Shown: piece by piece, positions 50,943-64,000 of the stretch
Layout: each line of letters starts with the position of its first letter
Position numbering within the stretch: the stretch's first letter is position 1
Assembly: GCA_964106915.2 (NCBI GenBank)
Contig: OZ066920.1
DNA from: Podarcis gaigeae
Lineage: Eukaryota
Strand: one strand, 5' to 3'
Length of the DNA stretch: 64,000 nt
The notes under the pieces: generated by a model
Databases searched by the model: none
What the model was told of the DNA's origin: nothing
The model's input: only the letters and a program-made list of their open reading frames with translations
Program-made: the position numbers and the translations under genes

Positions 50943-53065
50943 TGTACTAAAAACCAAATGAAAACATTTGATTATGGTTTAATTTGATAGGATATTTTCA
51001 ATTTCTTTCCCCACAGACAAATAAGAATATGATGTAACTCATTCTAGCAGGATTGTTTATTATTTTCAAATACGAAGCAATTGATACAGTTTGTAAGTGA
51101 ATAAATATTCAGAATTCATGAAGAAGAATAACAAACTTGAAATAGACCTTTAAAATGGTCTCATTATTGACTGTTTCCACTTTAGAGCAAAAGAAAACTT
51201 TGCCATCCTAATCACTGAGGTATTGATATAAGGAGGGATAAACAGTGCAATCCTACGTATGTCCACTCAGTCAGAAATAATTGTATTGTTGCAGTGTTAG
51301 CACTAGGGCCACCAATGAACTATGTGCCGAAACATCAGTTAAACAATTTAGATTTTAAAAAGATAAATTTGCTGGGACCCCCGGAGGAGAGACAGCGAAA
51401 TGAACCGATAGAGCAGTCTTTCCCATTTGTACATAACTGTTAGCTCCATTATTAGCATAATCAGCCTTACTTCATGTCCACTGGTGGCTACATTAACAGA
51501 AGCTATCCAACAGTTGGCTGTTCCCAGATTGAACGTTCTAGAATTCAACGTGAAAGCAGGCAAGCCAGTAGTGTTGATCCAGCAAGGGCAATGCCTAGGA
51601 GGACACAGGCCTCTCTACCCCCTTATTGTCCTTCTTGATGCAGCCTTGCTTCTACAAGGGAGTGGGAGGTGAACATCTGTAGTATCCAGGATAGCATGTC
51701 CAGCATACACTGCTAAATAAAGATGTGCTGCTGTCAGCAGTGCCAGGACCAGTCATGGTTTGCTGAAATTGGGAGATTTGTTCCTTTCACAATACCAGAA
51801 TTGTGTTGTTTTTTGACATGGGTGTGTGTGTGTGTCCGTCCCCACTACCTGAAACATCCCCATTACACCATGGATATTACTTAAAATGCAAACATGTTAC
51901 ACCCTTAACATTTTCCTGAAAAATAATGCTGACGGACTTGTGAATGTTTTGTAACTTTTATGCTTCAGAAATAAATCTCTCAAGCAATAAATACATGCAA
52001 ACATGTTAGCCCAAAACAGCCATGCAATTTCACACCTTGCATCGGCAATCTGGGATCGTCAGGAGGTGGTAGAAGGAAGCAAAAGTGGCACAGTGAAAGA
52101 AAAGGAAACTTCCGTGAGTGTTCATGCAGTTTATTGCAGAGAACAGTAGATGGAGCCCTGGTGAGCGTCAGCACTGAAAAGCTTACACTCAAGTCAAAAC
52201 TGGAGCACCAAAGATGTCAGGGAGTAGATGCAGTAACAGCCTGCACCAACCTGGTCCCTCCAGATGTTTTTGACTACCATTTCCATCAACCCCGGACACT
52301 GGGGGGCACTAGGTTGGCAAAACCTCCTACATAACATTCCATACTCACATTGCACTGTCTTGAAGCTCAACATTTTTGAAGGATTAGTTTCAGGTTTTTG
52401 TGAGTGCTGGATAAAAAGCAAGAGGGTTCTTTTTCTATCTAAAGGTGCTTGGATATGAATCTCTGATCTTGCCCCCCACTGCCACATAACTAATTATTGG
52501 GCCGCCAGATCCTTCAACGAAACAAATATAATAATAATAATTTATTATTTGTAGCCTACCCATCTCACTGGGTTGCTCCAGCCACTCTGGGCAGCTTATA
52601 TGGTTTATAACTGTTACTGACACATACTGACACCCATTTCTGACTCCTGCCAGTGACCCACCAGCATAATGTGGCCTGATGCTGTGAAAAATGTATAGGA
52701 TCAAAAGGTATGTTCAGATTAGGGCTGAGAGACAAATCACAACCGTCCTTTGAAATTTGTGCAACTTTAAATCTTGCCATGCAGTTCTCTAACAGAGCAA
52801 TGTGTCCAAAAACACTTATAATGAGCTGAAGAGCAGCTTCATCAACGAAAATAGCACGCAACACAATGGGGATCCTGTGGCCCTCCAGATGTTCCTGGAC
52901 TACAATTACCATCATCCCTAATCTGCTGTCTGGGGCTGGTGGGAAATGGAGTCCAATCAATGTATGGAAGCAGCAGGTTCTTGACATACAACAATGTAAT
53001 GTATTAGTGGGAAATACATTGGAAAAAAGGAGAAATTTGCACGAACATGCTGCTAAATTTTCAGG

Positions 53066-53429
53066 TAAAGGTAAAGGTAAAGATACCCCTGCCCGTAGGG
53101 GCCAGTCGTGTCCGACTCTAGGGTTGTGCGCCCATCTCACTCTAGAGGCCAGCGCTGTCCGGAGACACTTCCGGGTCACGTGGCCAGTGTGACATTGCTG
53201 CTCTGGTGAGCCAGCACCAGCACAGCACACGGAAACGCCGTTTACCTTCCCGCTATAAAGCGGTACCTATTTATCTACTTGCACTTTAGGGGTGCTTTCG
53301 AACTGCTAGGTGGGCAGGAGCTGGGACTGTTTGACGGGAGCTCACCCCGCTGCAGGGATTCGAACCGCCGACCATGCGATCGGCAAGCCCTAGGTGCTGA
53401 GGATTTACCCACAGCGCCACCTGCGTCCC
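53066..53429 (-). mobile_element. Full-length Sauria SINE
   Basis: (aaaggt)n tail through to gcgccacctgcgtccc head with an 11-bp TSD aaattttcagg (53055-53065, 53430-53440). Confidence 0.95.
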
Positions 53430-53667
53430 AAATTTTCAGGACAGCTTATAAAAACAAATTTCCAATATGGAGAACAGAATTTAAGATTGGAAGAATTAGA
53501 AACTGAGAGAAACCAAAACCCACACCTAGTTCAGGTACAATGGAATTCAAACCAGGATCCTTGCTTCTTTGCCCACTGCACTACCGAGATTGCTGGTCAG
53601 AAGTAGGTATTGGTGAGTTAGGATCAAGATGCATCACCAGAGTCCTGAATCCCCCAGCCTTAAAAAT

Positions 53668-53993
53668 GGGGGTCAGCAAACTTTTTCAGCAGGGGGCTAG
53701 TCCCATGTCCCTCAGACTTTGGGGGGGGGCAGACTATATTTTGGGGGGAGAGAAAAAAAAGAAGAAATTCCTATGCCCCACAAATAACCCAGAGATGCAT
53801 TTTAAATAAAAGCACACATTCTGCTCACGTAAAAACACCAGGCAGGCCCTACAAATAACCCAGAGATTCATTTGAAATAAAAGGGCACATTCTACTCATG
53901 TAAAAACATGCTGATTCCCGGACCGTCCACAGGCGGGATTTAGAAGGCGATTGGGCTGGATCCGGCCCCCGGGCCTTAGTTTGCCTACCCATG
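53668..53993. mobile_element. hAT-type non-autonomous element with an internal direct repeat
   Basis: gggtcagcaaact...agtttgcctaccc ends and two copies of acaaataacccagagat..att..aaataaaag...cacattct.ctca.gtaaaaaca. Confidence 0.65.
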
Positions 53994-56249
53994 CTTAAGA
54001 ATAAGGTGACCATCACAGAGCCAATCCCTGCAGACACCCCTTGTGACTAAGCAACAGAGGAACAGATGAGTTTGTCTGTTTCTGATATATTCTTTATGCC
54101 GCTATGGTTAACAGATCTCCCGAAGTGAGTTTCTTGTTCTTTCATGCTATTATAACGTATTACACCTTCAATTTGTGATGTCATTAGACAGATTTATCAT
54201 GCACCTAATGCTTCTAAATTATAAACTAACTAAGCAAAAGTAGTTGTTTCACCATCATTACACTGCATTCTGAAATAGCTACCAGGGGAGGGGAATCTAT
54301 GGTTGAAAGTAGGCGTGCGGAACCTTTCACAGACCAAGGCCACATTGCCATCCAGGTGACCTTCCAGGAGATACATCCCAGTGATTTGCAGGGCCGGAGG
54401 GAAAAGCAAACCAAGAACTGTGGGTAAATTTTACCTTTCTATAGCAGTCTGGTTTCTACACACATTCACACCCCTTCTCTATCCTTGATTCAGGCAACTG
54501 AGAGGTATTATAAGAGTCCAAGGACACATTCAAGCCAGGCTTCAGTACCTGCATCAGATTTCAGTTAGAGTTTATTTGCTGGTGCTTTTAAAGCAGCAGT
54601 CCAACAAAAGCTTTATACTTGAAAAGTAGCTAAGTTATGTCTTGCATATTGCACATTTTGTTTGGCAGATAAGGCAGGACTCCTACAATCTGTGCATTTC
54701 TAGTCTGCACTAATTCCAAAATATGGATTTCCAGCCTGACTTAAAAATAGACGTACAAGAATGCTTGAAATAGTCTACATTCCTATCAACAAGTGATAAC
54801 CAACTAACCTTGTGGTGTTAAAGCTCAGGCAGAACACTGGTCTAGAAAGGAAGACATTAGATTACTGTGCCTTCGGTGCCTTCGGTTGCATCCATACTTA
54901 GTTACAATTACTGCCCCATATTGCTAAAGCATGGGGCCTTTAGGAACCAATCTTGGAAGGTCAGTATGATTCCAGCTAAAAGCCAACATGGTCCCTTGCT
55001 TGGGAAGGGAATAGTTTTTTAATAAAAAAATAGAATGAGTAGGGCAGTTTTGAAGTTCAGGTGGAAGAAAAATGAAGACTGAGAACCTTGTGTAAGCCAC
55101 ACAAATCACATCTGAGCATCAGGATCTGTCCTACTCAAGTGTTCAGTCTAGCAATCCTTTCAATGTGCTTGTGATGCAGGACAAGCTTTTATTAGCTACA
55201 CAACGTGCATTTAAAAAGCACAATATCTAATCCTGAACAGAGGGAAAGAGGGCACTGTGACATAACATTTTCCAACAGCTGCCATAACAACATGCTCTTG
55301 CCAGACAACTGCAGAATGCTGGAGACAGGCCTGCACATTTCCAGCTCCAAGTCTAGCTACTATGTTTGAAATATAAGCCACCACACCAGTCTACACTGCA
55401 ACATATCCTTTTCCGACTCTGTCAAACCACAATAATGCTTCAAAACGTTATTTTGGTGGCTAAAAGGGGTGTTCCTGGGTTTTAATCAGCACTGTAGCAG
55501 GGAAAGGGGCAACATATTACCAGAGCATGGGGATAGTAGAAGCTGAACGCAGAGGACCTCTTGTCATACTTCTGCTAAAGAAATTTATATGCCTGGGTAA
55601 CTAATGTTTGGCCTGTTTTAGGCAAGAGTTGCACTTGTTTACATACCAGAAGAGGGGATAGAGCCATCTTGGTCACTAAAGCAACTACTGGCATGTATCT
55701 GTGTACAAAGTGCCCTCCATCAGCTGAGACCGGTGTGTCAAGCTACAACCCCTCTAAGACAGAGATAATCTGTCCACAAATATCCATAAGCCAGACTAGG
55801 CTACTACTATTGTATTATGTAGGGCTGCCGTTGAAGGCTTCTCAAAACTTCATCAAAATATTGCTTCGAGCCTACGAAATGAAATTCATCAACAGGAATA
55901 TGTCTCACAGCTTCAACAACCATACTGACTCCCTTTTCCAAACAAGATTCAAAGTATGGGGTTTACCTTCAAAGCTACATGTGGCTTTGGACTGGTGTGC
56001 CTGAAGGAGTGCTTCTCATGCACAAACCTGCCTTCTTCAGGTGTTCCCAACTAAGTAGCAGCCAATGAAATATATTTTATCAATTATGGCATAGGACCTT
56101 TGAAATGCTTCCCTCCCCAGAGGCCCACTTAGTACCTGCTCAAAGGTATTTTTGGCATCACACAAAGGCTTTTTAAATTTTCCTGGGCCCTTTACCATAT
56201 TGGTCAAATTGGGTTTTATTCTGTTCCAGTGGTGTGCCTATTGTTTCTG

Positions 56250-56250
<1 letters not shown>

Positions 56251-56289
<39 letters not shown>
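56251..56289. repeat. (ATT)n microsatellite
   Basis: Seen directly. Confidence 0.95.
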
Positions 56290-56494
56290 GACAGTACTAA
56301 CTTACATTCATGAATTTCAATGGGTCAACTCTGAATAAAGAGTCAGACACAACCCCTAATTGTTCTTATTTATTCATAAGAGCTTGGGTTTAGAGGTTGC
56401 TATTCACAGAACAGTGGGGCAGTTTTTGCCCATGACCTCTGCAGCCTGTACTGTCTCATTTCTCATGCTGTTCAATCCTCAACTTCATGTGTTC

Positions 56495-56880
56495 TCCAAC
56501 CATTAAAGACCGCTCCTCCATATATGAACCAACCCAGACCTTGCAATTATCATCTGAGGCCTTCTTCGTGTGTCCCCTCTCCCAGAGGTCCAGAAGGTGG
56601 CAACAAACGAACAGGCCTTTTCTGCGGTGGCTCTCCGTTTGTGGAATGCTCTCCCCAGGGATGCTTGCCCGGTGCCTTCATTAAATACTTTTACATTGGA
56701 ATGCCAAAACATTTCTCTGTAACCAGGCCTTGGGCTGATTAAACAACTATGGCTTTTGAAATGTGTTTGTAGGAGGGAGGTTATTGGTCTTACTTTGTTA
56801 GTTTTTTGTTATGTATTTTGTGTTCTTACTCGTAATTTTATGTTGTGGACATCTTTGGATGAAGGGTGGCATAATTTAAT
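56495..56880 (+). mobile_element. L2-like LINE 3' end
   Basis: aggccttttctgcggtggctctccgtttgtggaatgctctcccc (RAFSAVALRLWNALP) followed by a T-rich 3' UTR and an aat-rich tail. Confidence 0.6.
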
Positions 56881-59800
56881 AAACAATAATAATTATAATA
56901 ACAACCCTCTGGAGCAGATTTTCAGAGGTGGTGGTAGAAATTGGGGAAATTCACCTCTCCCTGTCCCTTCTATAACATTCAGTGAGTGGAGTTCCACTCA
57001 CAGGATTTCTGGATTCAATACTTTGAAAAATATTGTACTTGGTGCTTATATAACATTTCTCTTCAGTGCTCCTGGCATGTTATATTCATTATCACACACA
57101 AAACAAGTCCTTACAATACCACAACACTGTATGCTGATATTATAATGCCCACATGGCAAAGGGTGATTTGAGGTGGGGGAGAGAGCTGTTCAGTCATTCT
57201 TCTGAACACACATTGGGGCAGGGAGGAGAGCAGGATTGCACCCACTCTGGGCCCTAGCTTGCCTCCTATGCACTTTCTGTGCAAAAGAGCCTATACTCAT
57301 ACAAACTGAATGCATGCAAGCTCTGCTTATTATACAATCAGGCATCCTGCCTACTCAGCATTTCCCAATTGTGCTGATGGAGCCTATGTGCATAGCTGGA
57401 ATAGTGCTAATGACTTGCCTAAGATCTCCCACTGGGTTCATAGTTGAACTGAGATTTAAAGTAAAGCACTTTCTAGCACATTTGCATTACAAACCAAACT
57501 AAAGCAAGAGCCCTTTTAAACCTCATCTATGAAAACTCCATTAATTACATGGCTACTCTCTCCTTTCAGCCAATAATTCTAGTATTCGGTTCAGAAGAGG
57601 ATACTCATTATTTCTTCCAATAGTCAAACCTTCTTAAATAATTCACCCCTTGCATTATAATCTGTAACTTTTGCTTGTATTAAATATTGAAGCACCATAA
57701 TTCCTTGTAAGTTTATAAAGAAAGAAGGCTGAAGGACAATAAAGTGTAAATTCAGTTGTCACAAAATCCAAATGGCACACTTGAGAACTAAGTAGACTCC
57801 AGTTCATTCCTAAAATCTAGTATTCGCAAAGATGCCATCAATAAATAAACACCATCTAGTATACAGTTGCCTTTGTTCAGTTTATTCCTGCTGATTTATT
57901 AATGGCTGTATCCTATTTCCGAATTCAGTTTCACAAGTGAAATTGTAGATTAAAAGAATAGAAATCAACAAGAAAAGAGTATTGTCATGTACACAGGTCT
58001 TATTCTCATGTAAGTGTGCATAAGACTGTAGCCTAAAGCTGCAGCCCTAAGTGCACATATGTGATAGCACACCCCATTGAACTTAATAGAACTTAATTTC
58101 AAATAAACGTGTATAAGATAAGGCTGCATAATTAGGACATAACTCAGTGAAGTTTTCTACATTTTACTATGCTTCTCTTTGTACAAAAATATCAAAGTGC
58201 TCACACCTGTTAGGGATTCCATGTGTGCTCAGCTCTAAATAGCTTTCAAATTAAATTTGCTGTCATATATCAGTGTTAAACTTGTCCAATTATCAACAGG
58301 TGCCCATGAGCTATACTCTTTATGTTTACTACCTTGATAGCATATCATTTCGGACGACTTTAAAGTCTCTATAGCAGGCACTGTCTTTATTTTTGTCATG
58401 TAAAATGCCAAGAAGAACATCTGTGCATTATCATGTTACGCTTACTATCTCAATCTTGGCTGTGACAGAGCGGATCTGTTTTCCTTAGGCCTGAAGGAAT
58501 CTCTCTCGGAATAAAACTAGTCTTGGTGATACTACGGTCTGCTCCTGAAGCATGCAATGTATTTTCTGGAGTACTTCACTCTTAGCATACTCAGGACCCA
58601 GAAAAGGTCGTCAAAAAGGGAGACAGGCACATTATACAATCAGCAATACATGATAAGCACTATGGCAAGAGATGTAAGAGTATTTAGGGTTTTCCAGTAG
58701 GAAGTCAAATGATACCCCATATAAGGTATGCCTATTTCAAGTATTTCATTAAGAAAACTTTGCTCAGAGTGCAACCATTAGCTAATAAAGCATTTTCTAA
58801 GAGCGCACAATTCCAAGCCTTGTTGAAATCACATCAAAAATGCAGCTCTCAGGAGCCAAAATTGTTTTTAATAGAAAAACAGATTATTTAATGTGTTTGT
58901 TTTTATCCCAGCATGTGAACTGAAAGCTTTCTGATAGCTCCATCTTCATTTCAAATATCAGAAATACAGTGCCGGACTAAACCCTGTGGAGACCCTGTAG
59001 GCAGTCGAAATATCTCCTAATACGTTTTTGTAATTTCCTTCAAAATCAAATCAATATTATTTTGATCTGTTGTCGCAGGGCCCCTAAAAGGCTTGGGCCT
59101 TTTTGCTAATCCAGCACTGCAGAAGTAACCTCGATTTAGGCTAGAGATGTATACACACTTACTGAGGAGTTAAGTCCCATGGACCTCAGTAGGGCTTGCT
59201 TCCGAGTAGACATGTATAGGATTGTGCTGTTGCTGAAGTCACAATACTCCCCTTCCAAATGCCTTCTGGGTCATTATCATATGCTGAAATAAACCATTGG
59301 GAGGAATAAATAGAGTGGAATATAATCGGTAGGCCTTTGTTGTCTTCAGCAGCCTGCTGAATGACTACATGACATCCCCTGCTCTCTGACATGACAGACA
59401 TCTGGTGCGTATAAATAAATAAAAAGACTGACAATACTGTTAATGTTAATACCACTGAATTCAGTAGCAATCGGTAAGCTGGCAAGCTGTCTGCTCACTG
59501 CTACCCCTGACAGGAAGACTATAATAAAATGCATCAGTTAAAACTATTCATTGTAAGTGATAGTCTGCTTCAGGGAGGCTATATTATAGTATCCCCAAAA
59601 GACACACAGGATGGTCTTCCAATTTATATTCTTTATGGACACTGATAATTTATTTAAAAGTGCAGTAGGAAATAATCCTTATTCCTTACACTGCAGCATT
59701 TATATGAAAGCCCTTAACAACGCAATGAGAAATGACTTGGGTTACTTAGGAAGTCCTAGATAAGTTTGCGGCATTTCAGAAACACTTGAAATCTCAACCT

Positions 59801-61867
59801 GTCAGAATTCAGTTTTTTATTGTAACGATGACTGTCAATAACCAAAATCTCTGTCTAATCTGTTGGGAACTAACTGTACAACTTCTGACAATAGAAGCTG
59901 TTATTTCTTAGTGCTGCCTTTTTAAAGCACACTTGACAAGTACATTACTCTCTGGTGTTTTGGTCACTGAAAAACTAAATACTTGGCCTCATACTACCAT
60001 GCTCATGTTGACATCAGAATTGTGAAGGTACTTCCACAGCAGATAGAAAGCCAGAATCTAGTGCACAAAGAGTCCAATATACCCTGATTTCTTTTTTAAA
60101 AAAATCTGAAAAGAGAATTTTTCTTTACCTCTGTCTTGAAACTCAGGACATGAAGGTGCATCAGAAGTCACAAACACTCCAGGGCAGAATAAGTCAAGGT
60201 ACACGCAGGACCAACACTGAGCTTCAGAAAGTCCGTAATTGAAGCACCCTCAAGACTGTGGGAGACAGGATTTGCAGTGGAAATTAGTAATATAAATATG
60301 AAAATGGGACAAGCCGTACATGTGTGATGCTTCCTCAATCACAAGCTTTAAAAATCCAGAGTTTAGAAAAAGGGGGATTTGGAATAGCACCTATTTAAAT
60401 ATATGCATGTTTTCAAGAATGCATGTTATATTTACAAATGGGGCACATTTGATAAAAATGTCAATCTTGATCAAGGATAGCCAGCTAGTTAGCTGCCTGT
60501 GAGCCAGATGTGGTCCTAGACCTCCACCCCAAATTTTTGGATTTTCACTCTAGGCCGTCTACTTGTGAAGATGCAAGTAAAAGCATGCAAGCAGTGAATG
60601 CTCATAAATGTCACCCTGCTCTCCAGTGTGCTGGCCAATGCATGAGATAAGTAGCTACCAGTACGCCTGTATGTTTAATTGCATGAAATCAAATTGCCCT
60701 GCTCCTTTAAGTCATCCTACCACAAATGTCCAAGCAACAGGCCTGTCCTAGACAAATCTTAAACAAGTTATGGCTAAGGGTTTGCTCAAAGGACCAATGC
60801 AATCCTAGGCTTGCCTACTAAGTCCCATTGCGTTCAGTGAGCAGCAATCATGAAACTAGTAAATATAAATGAACTCAGATGGACTTCTGAGAAAACAAGG
60901 CAAGGACAGCACTATGACATAATCTACAATGGGGGTAGCTAATTTATGGTCCTCCAGATGTTGCTGAACTGTAACTCTCATCACCCCCAAGTATTGAGCA
61001 TGCTGCCTGAGACTGAGGGTTCTGTACTACAGCAACATACTGAGGACCACAGTTTCCCCATCCTGAATCTAAATCATTACATTTCTCTAATATCCCAGTT
61101 ATCTGCCTGAAAAGGTTCATGTTCCAATGTAATCATTCTGTATTTTTAAAATCAAATGCTGTAGATGCTATACAATCATTTCCAACACAGCACATTAATA
61201 CAATTAAATACAATAGCAACCTACAAAGAAGTCTAAATAAGAGCATAGTATGCTGTATTAAATAACACTTTATGGCTTAAATGAATATTACAAGGGATGT
61301 TCTATAGGTTATGTGTGGGAGGGATATAATTTAATAAACAGAGCAAAAACAACCTGATAAAATACCAAATTAAATCTGCAGCATTGACACCAGACTCATC
61401 AAATGTTAGAAATCTGGGGAAATAAAATATTTAAACTCCAAAACATTCAACTATAATAATGCATATAAACTTCAGCTTTCTTTCTAGTCAGGATTAGCAG
61501 ATATCCAGTATCCCTGGATCCATCTACCTTTTTCTTGACATAGCACAAGAGTACTTTTTTGTTTTGACCACAGAGGTCCTTCATTGATGGCTGGTTGGCA
61601 AGAATGGTTGGCATCTGTTTCCTATTACTTACGGTAAGTAGAGCAGCACATACAGTTACACAACTTAAAGGTCATAAACAATTGCCTTTTGACACTTAAA
61701 ACATTGTGCCACCAGTTGTGCAGTAGCTAACACTAAACAGCCAGCTTTACTATTGTGGGGAGCAATTATAATGTAAATATAGTGGATATGAACCTTATTG
61801 ATTACATAAAAAAGCAGTGATGCAAAATAAGTGTTCCACTAGTAACTAGCTCAATGCACTAGCACCA

Positions 61868-61940
61868 TAAATAATATAATATAATATAACATTATATTAT
61901 ATAATAATATAATAAATATAATATAATATAATATAATATT
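61868..61940. repeat. AT-rich (ATAAT)n-like low-complexity repeat
   Basis: Seen directly. Confidence 0.85.
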
Positions 61941-62040
61941 GTGGGTTTGAGCCCCACATTGAGCAAAAGATTCCTGCATTGTAGGGGGTTGGACTAGATG
62001 ACCCTTGGGGTCCTTTCCAACTCTACAATTTTATGATTCT
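61941..62040 (+). mobile_element. 5'-truncated Squam3 SINE
   Basis: gtgggtttgagccccacattgagcaaaagattcctgcattgtagggggttggactagatgacc...ttccaactctacaattttatgattct, same family as 809-949. Confidence 0.85.
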
Positions 62041-62767
62041 CAAATACTCAAATACTAATTGCTAGAGATCAATAATGGGAGGGTGTTATTGCAATCAGGC
62101 CCTGCTTGTAGAGTTTCCGTAGGCATTTGATTGACCACCGTGAGAACAGAATGTTGGATCAGATGGGGCTTTTATACGATCCAGGAATCTTTTTTTTGTG
62201 TGTGTGTATGCATTTCTTAAGTTGGAACACGGCTTTCATCTGTCCATCACAGATAATTTGTGCACTAGATGTTTGCTCTAAGATGCCTTGAAGCTGACCT
62301 CATAAAGCCAAGTGATTGTGTTGTTTAATGGTGATTTAATTTCAAAAGAACAATTTTATGCAGCGAAGCAAAAACTTCAGAATAAATATCCGAACCCATG
62401 TTTTCCCTTAGGACACTGAGAGCAAAGTAAAATGTGCTGGTGAAACACACGTTCTGTTTCAGCAAGTGCATACCGTGTAACACTCCATAAAGTATGGTTT
62501 TGCAAGCCACACTGGGTGAACAAACGACAAACAGTTTCACGTACTGTGACATCCAAACCTGGGATTGTGGTTTAGTTAATCCTAACAAACCATGAATGCT
62601 AGCCAGTTTTATTTGCTTAGCAATCATGGTTTGTTAGGGTGAAACAAAAGTACAATCCTGGGCTTGGACATCGTGCTAATCCAAAACCTTTGTGGTTTGT
62701 CTTTTTGTTCATGCACTCAGACTGTGTGCACATTATGGTGTATTAAACCATACTTTATGCCTTATAG

Positions 62768-63119
62768 GGTAAAGGTAAAGGGACCCCTGACCATTAGGTC
62801 CAGTTGTGGCCAACTCTGGGGTTGCGGCGCTCATCTCACTTTATTAGCCGAGGGAGCTGGCATACAGCTTCCGGGTCATGTGGCCAGCATGACTAAGCCG
62901 CTTCTGGTGAAACCAGAGCAGCACACGGGAACACTGTTTACCTTCCCACCGGAGCGGTACCTATTTATCTACTTGCACTTTGACATGCTTTTGAACTGCT
63001 AGGTTGGCAGGAGCAGGGACCAAGCGATGGGAGCTCACCCCGTCATGGGGATTCAAACCACCAACCTTCTGATCAGCAAGTCTTAGGCTCTGTAATTTAA
63101 CCCATGGCGCCACCCACAT
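62768..63119 (-). mobile_element. Sauria SINE
   Basis: ggtaaaggtaaagggacccctgaccattagg tail through to ggcgccacccac head. Confidence 0.93.
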
Positions 63120-64000
63120 AATACCATGAAACTTTATGGCTCTTGCTCTCAGATAAGTGGCTTCAACTAAGATTAGGTTTCTCATATAGAAAAACTGGAG
63201 TTCTAAGGGGAAAATATTTTTAAGCCCTATAGGTAAATTTTGAGAGAATTTTCACTTAAGCTTAAAGTGCAGTTAAAAGGAGGGTGTTTGTTCCTAGCAG
63301 TGGGGAAGACTTGGCATGGCAAAGAAAGTAGCAAGGCTTGAACCTGAATCAGGGAGTAAAGTTATTTGATCTATACTGGTTGAATAATCTTTATAACTCA
63401 ATTCAAGGTGCTGACTCTAACGAGCTTTCCAGACGGGTGGGTTTTTTTTGCAAATGTATTCTGCAACATGTTCCTGACACAATAATATTATGTTAATGAT
63501 GGATTTATTCTGCTTTAGTTTGTTCTGCAATGTTTCTTCAGGGCTACCACATTATTGCTGTCCACAGGGGCTGTAGTGCAATGAAAGTGAGACACTAATA
63601 AACCAGAACATTTATGGTATAAAAAGTTACAAGATTTCAGCAAGAAGCTATGAGGCATGCAATGACTGAAAATAAAGAAGGGTAACCACCCCAAAACTTC
63701 TGCAGGCGCAAGCAGGATTAAAGGGGGGACCTGCGTGTGACCAACCTGATAAAATCACAAGCACAAATCACAATGAATGCACAATTTTAAAAGGCCATCT
63801 AGAGCCCCAAAGGACATGAAAACAAACTCTAGTAATCACCCTCCATCTCTGAGATGTGTGGCACTGAGTATTGGTAAAGCAGTATTTGTTAGAAGTATGG
63901 CTGTTATAGCTTTGAATCATTTGTCTGCCCTCTCACACTGGGGCAGGGAGAGCCGTACCTGCTTGTATACTTTCTTTGGAGAAAAAGAGCTCAGCATGCT

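Noticed and set aside
52565-53230. 221-aa minus-strand ORF
   Set aside because: It is built from a Sauria SINE, a hAT MITE and other repeat-derived sequence.
53775-53910. Direct repeats as a CRISPR-like array
   Set aside because: The context is eukaryotic, there are only two imperfect copies and they lie inside a hAT element.

Overview
This is vertebrate genomic DNA, almost certainly from a squamate and probably a lacertid lizard, judged from Sauria/Squam1, Squam2 and Squam3 SINEs together with BovB, CR1, RTE and Penelope fragments. Most of the 64 kb is repeat-rich non-coding sequence with one 150-N gap. I could reconstruct one protein-coding gene, a five-exon STMND1 (stathmin domain-containing 1) on the + strand at 43326-50868. 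Exons 1, 2, 3 and 5 are open, have GT/AG sites and join in compatible phases. Exon 4, which encodes the stathmin-like tubulin-binding core, has a frameshift with an early stop and lacks the expected splice donor. It is phase 0/0, so skipping it would keep the frame. Other notable items are a 95-bp, about 85% GC, highly structured insert of unknown origin flanked by a 19-bp target-site duplication (3544-3638), a Penelope-like fold-back element containing a minimal type I hammerhead ribozyme motif (7348-7389), an internally deleted Charlie/OC1-like hAT transposon, a DIRS recombinase remnant and a BovB 3' end with an internal 39-bp duplication. Family and gene assignments rest on motifs recalled from memory, not on database searches, and boundaries of old repeats are approximate.
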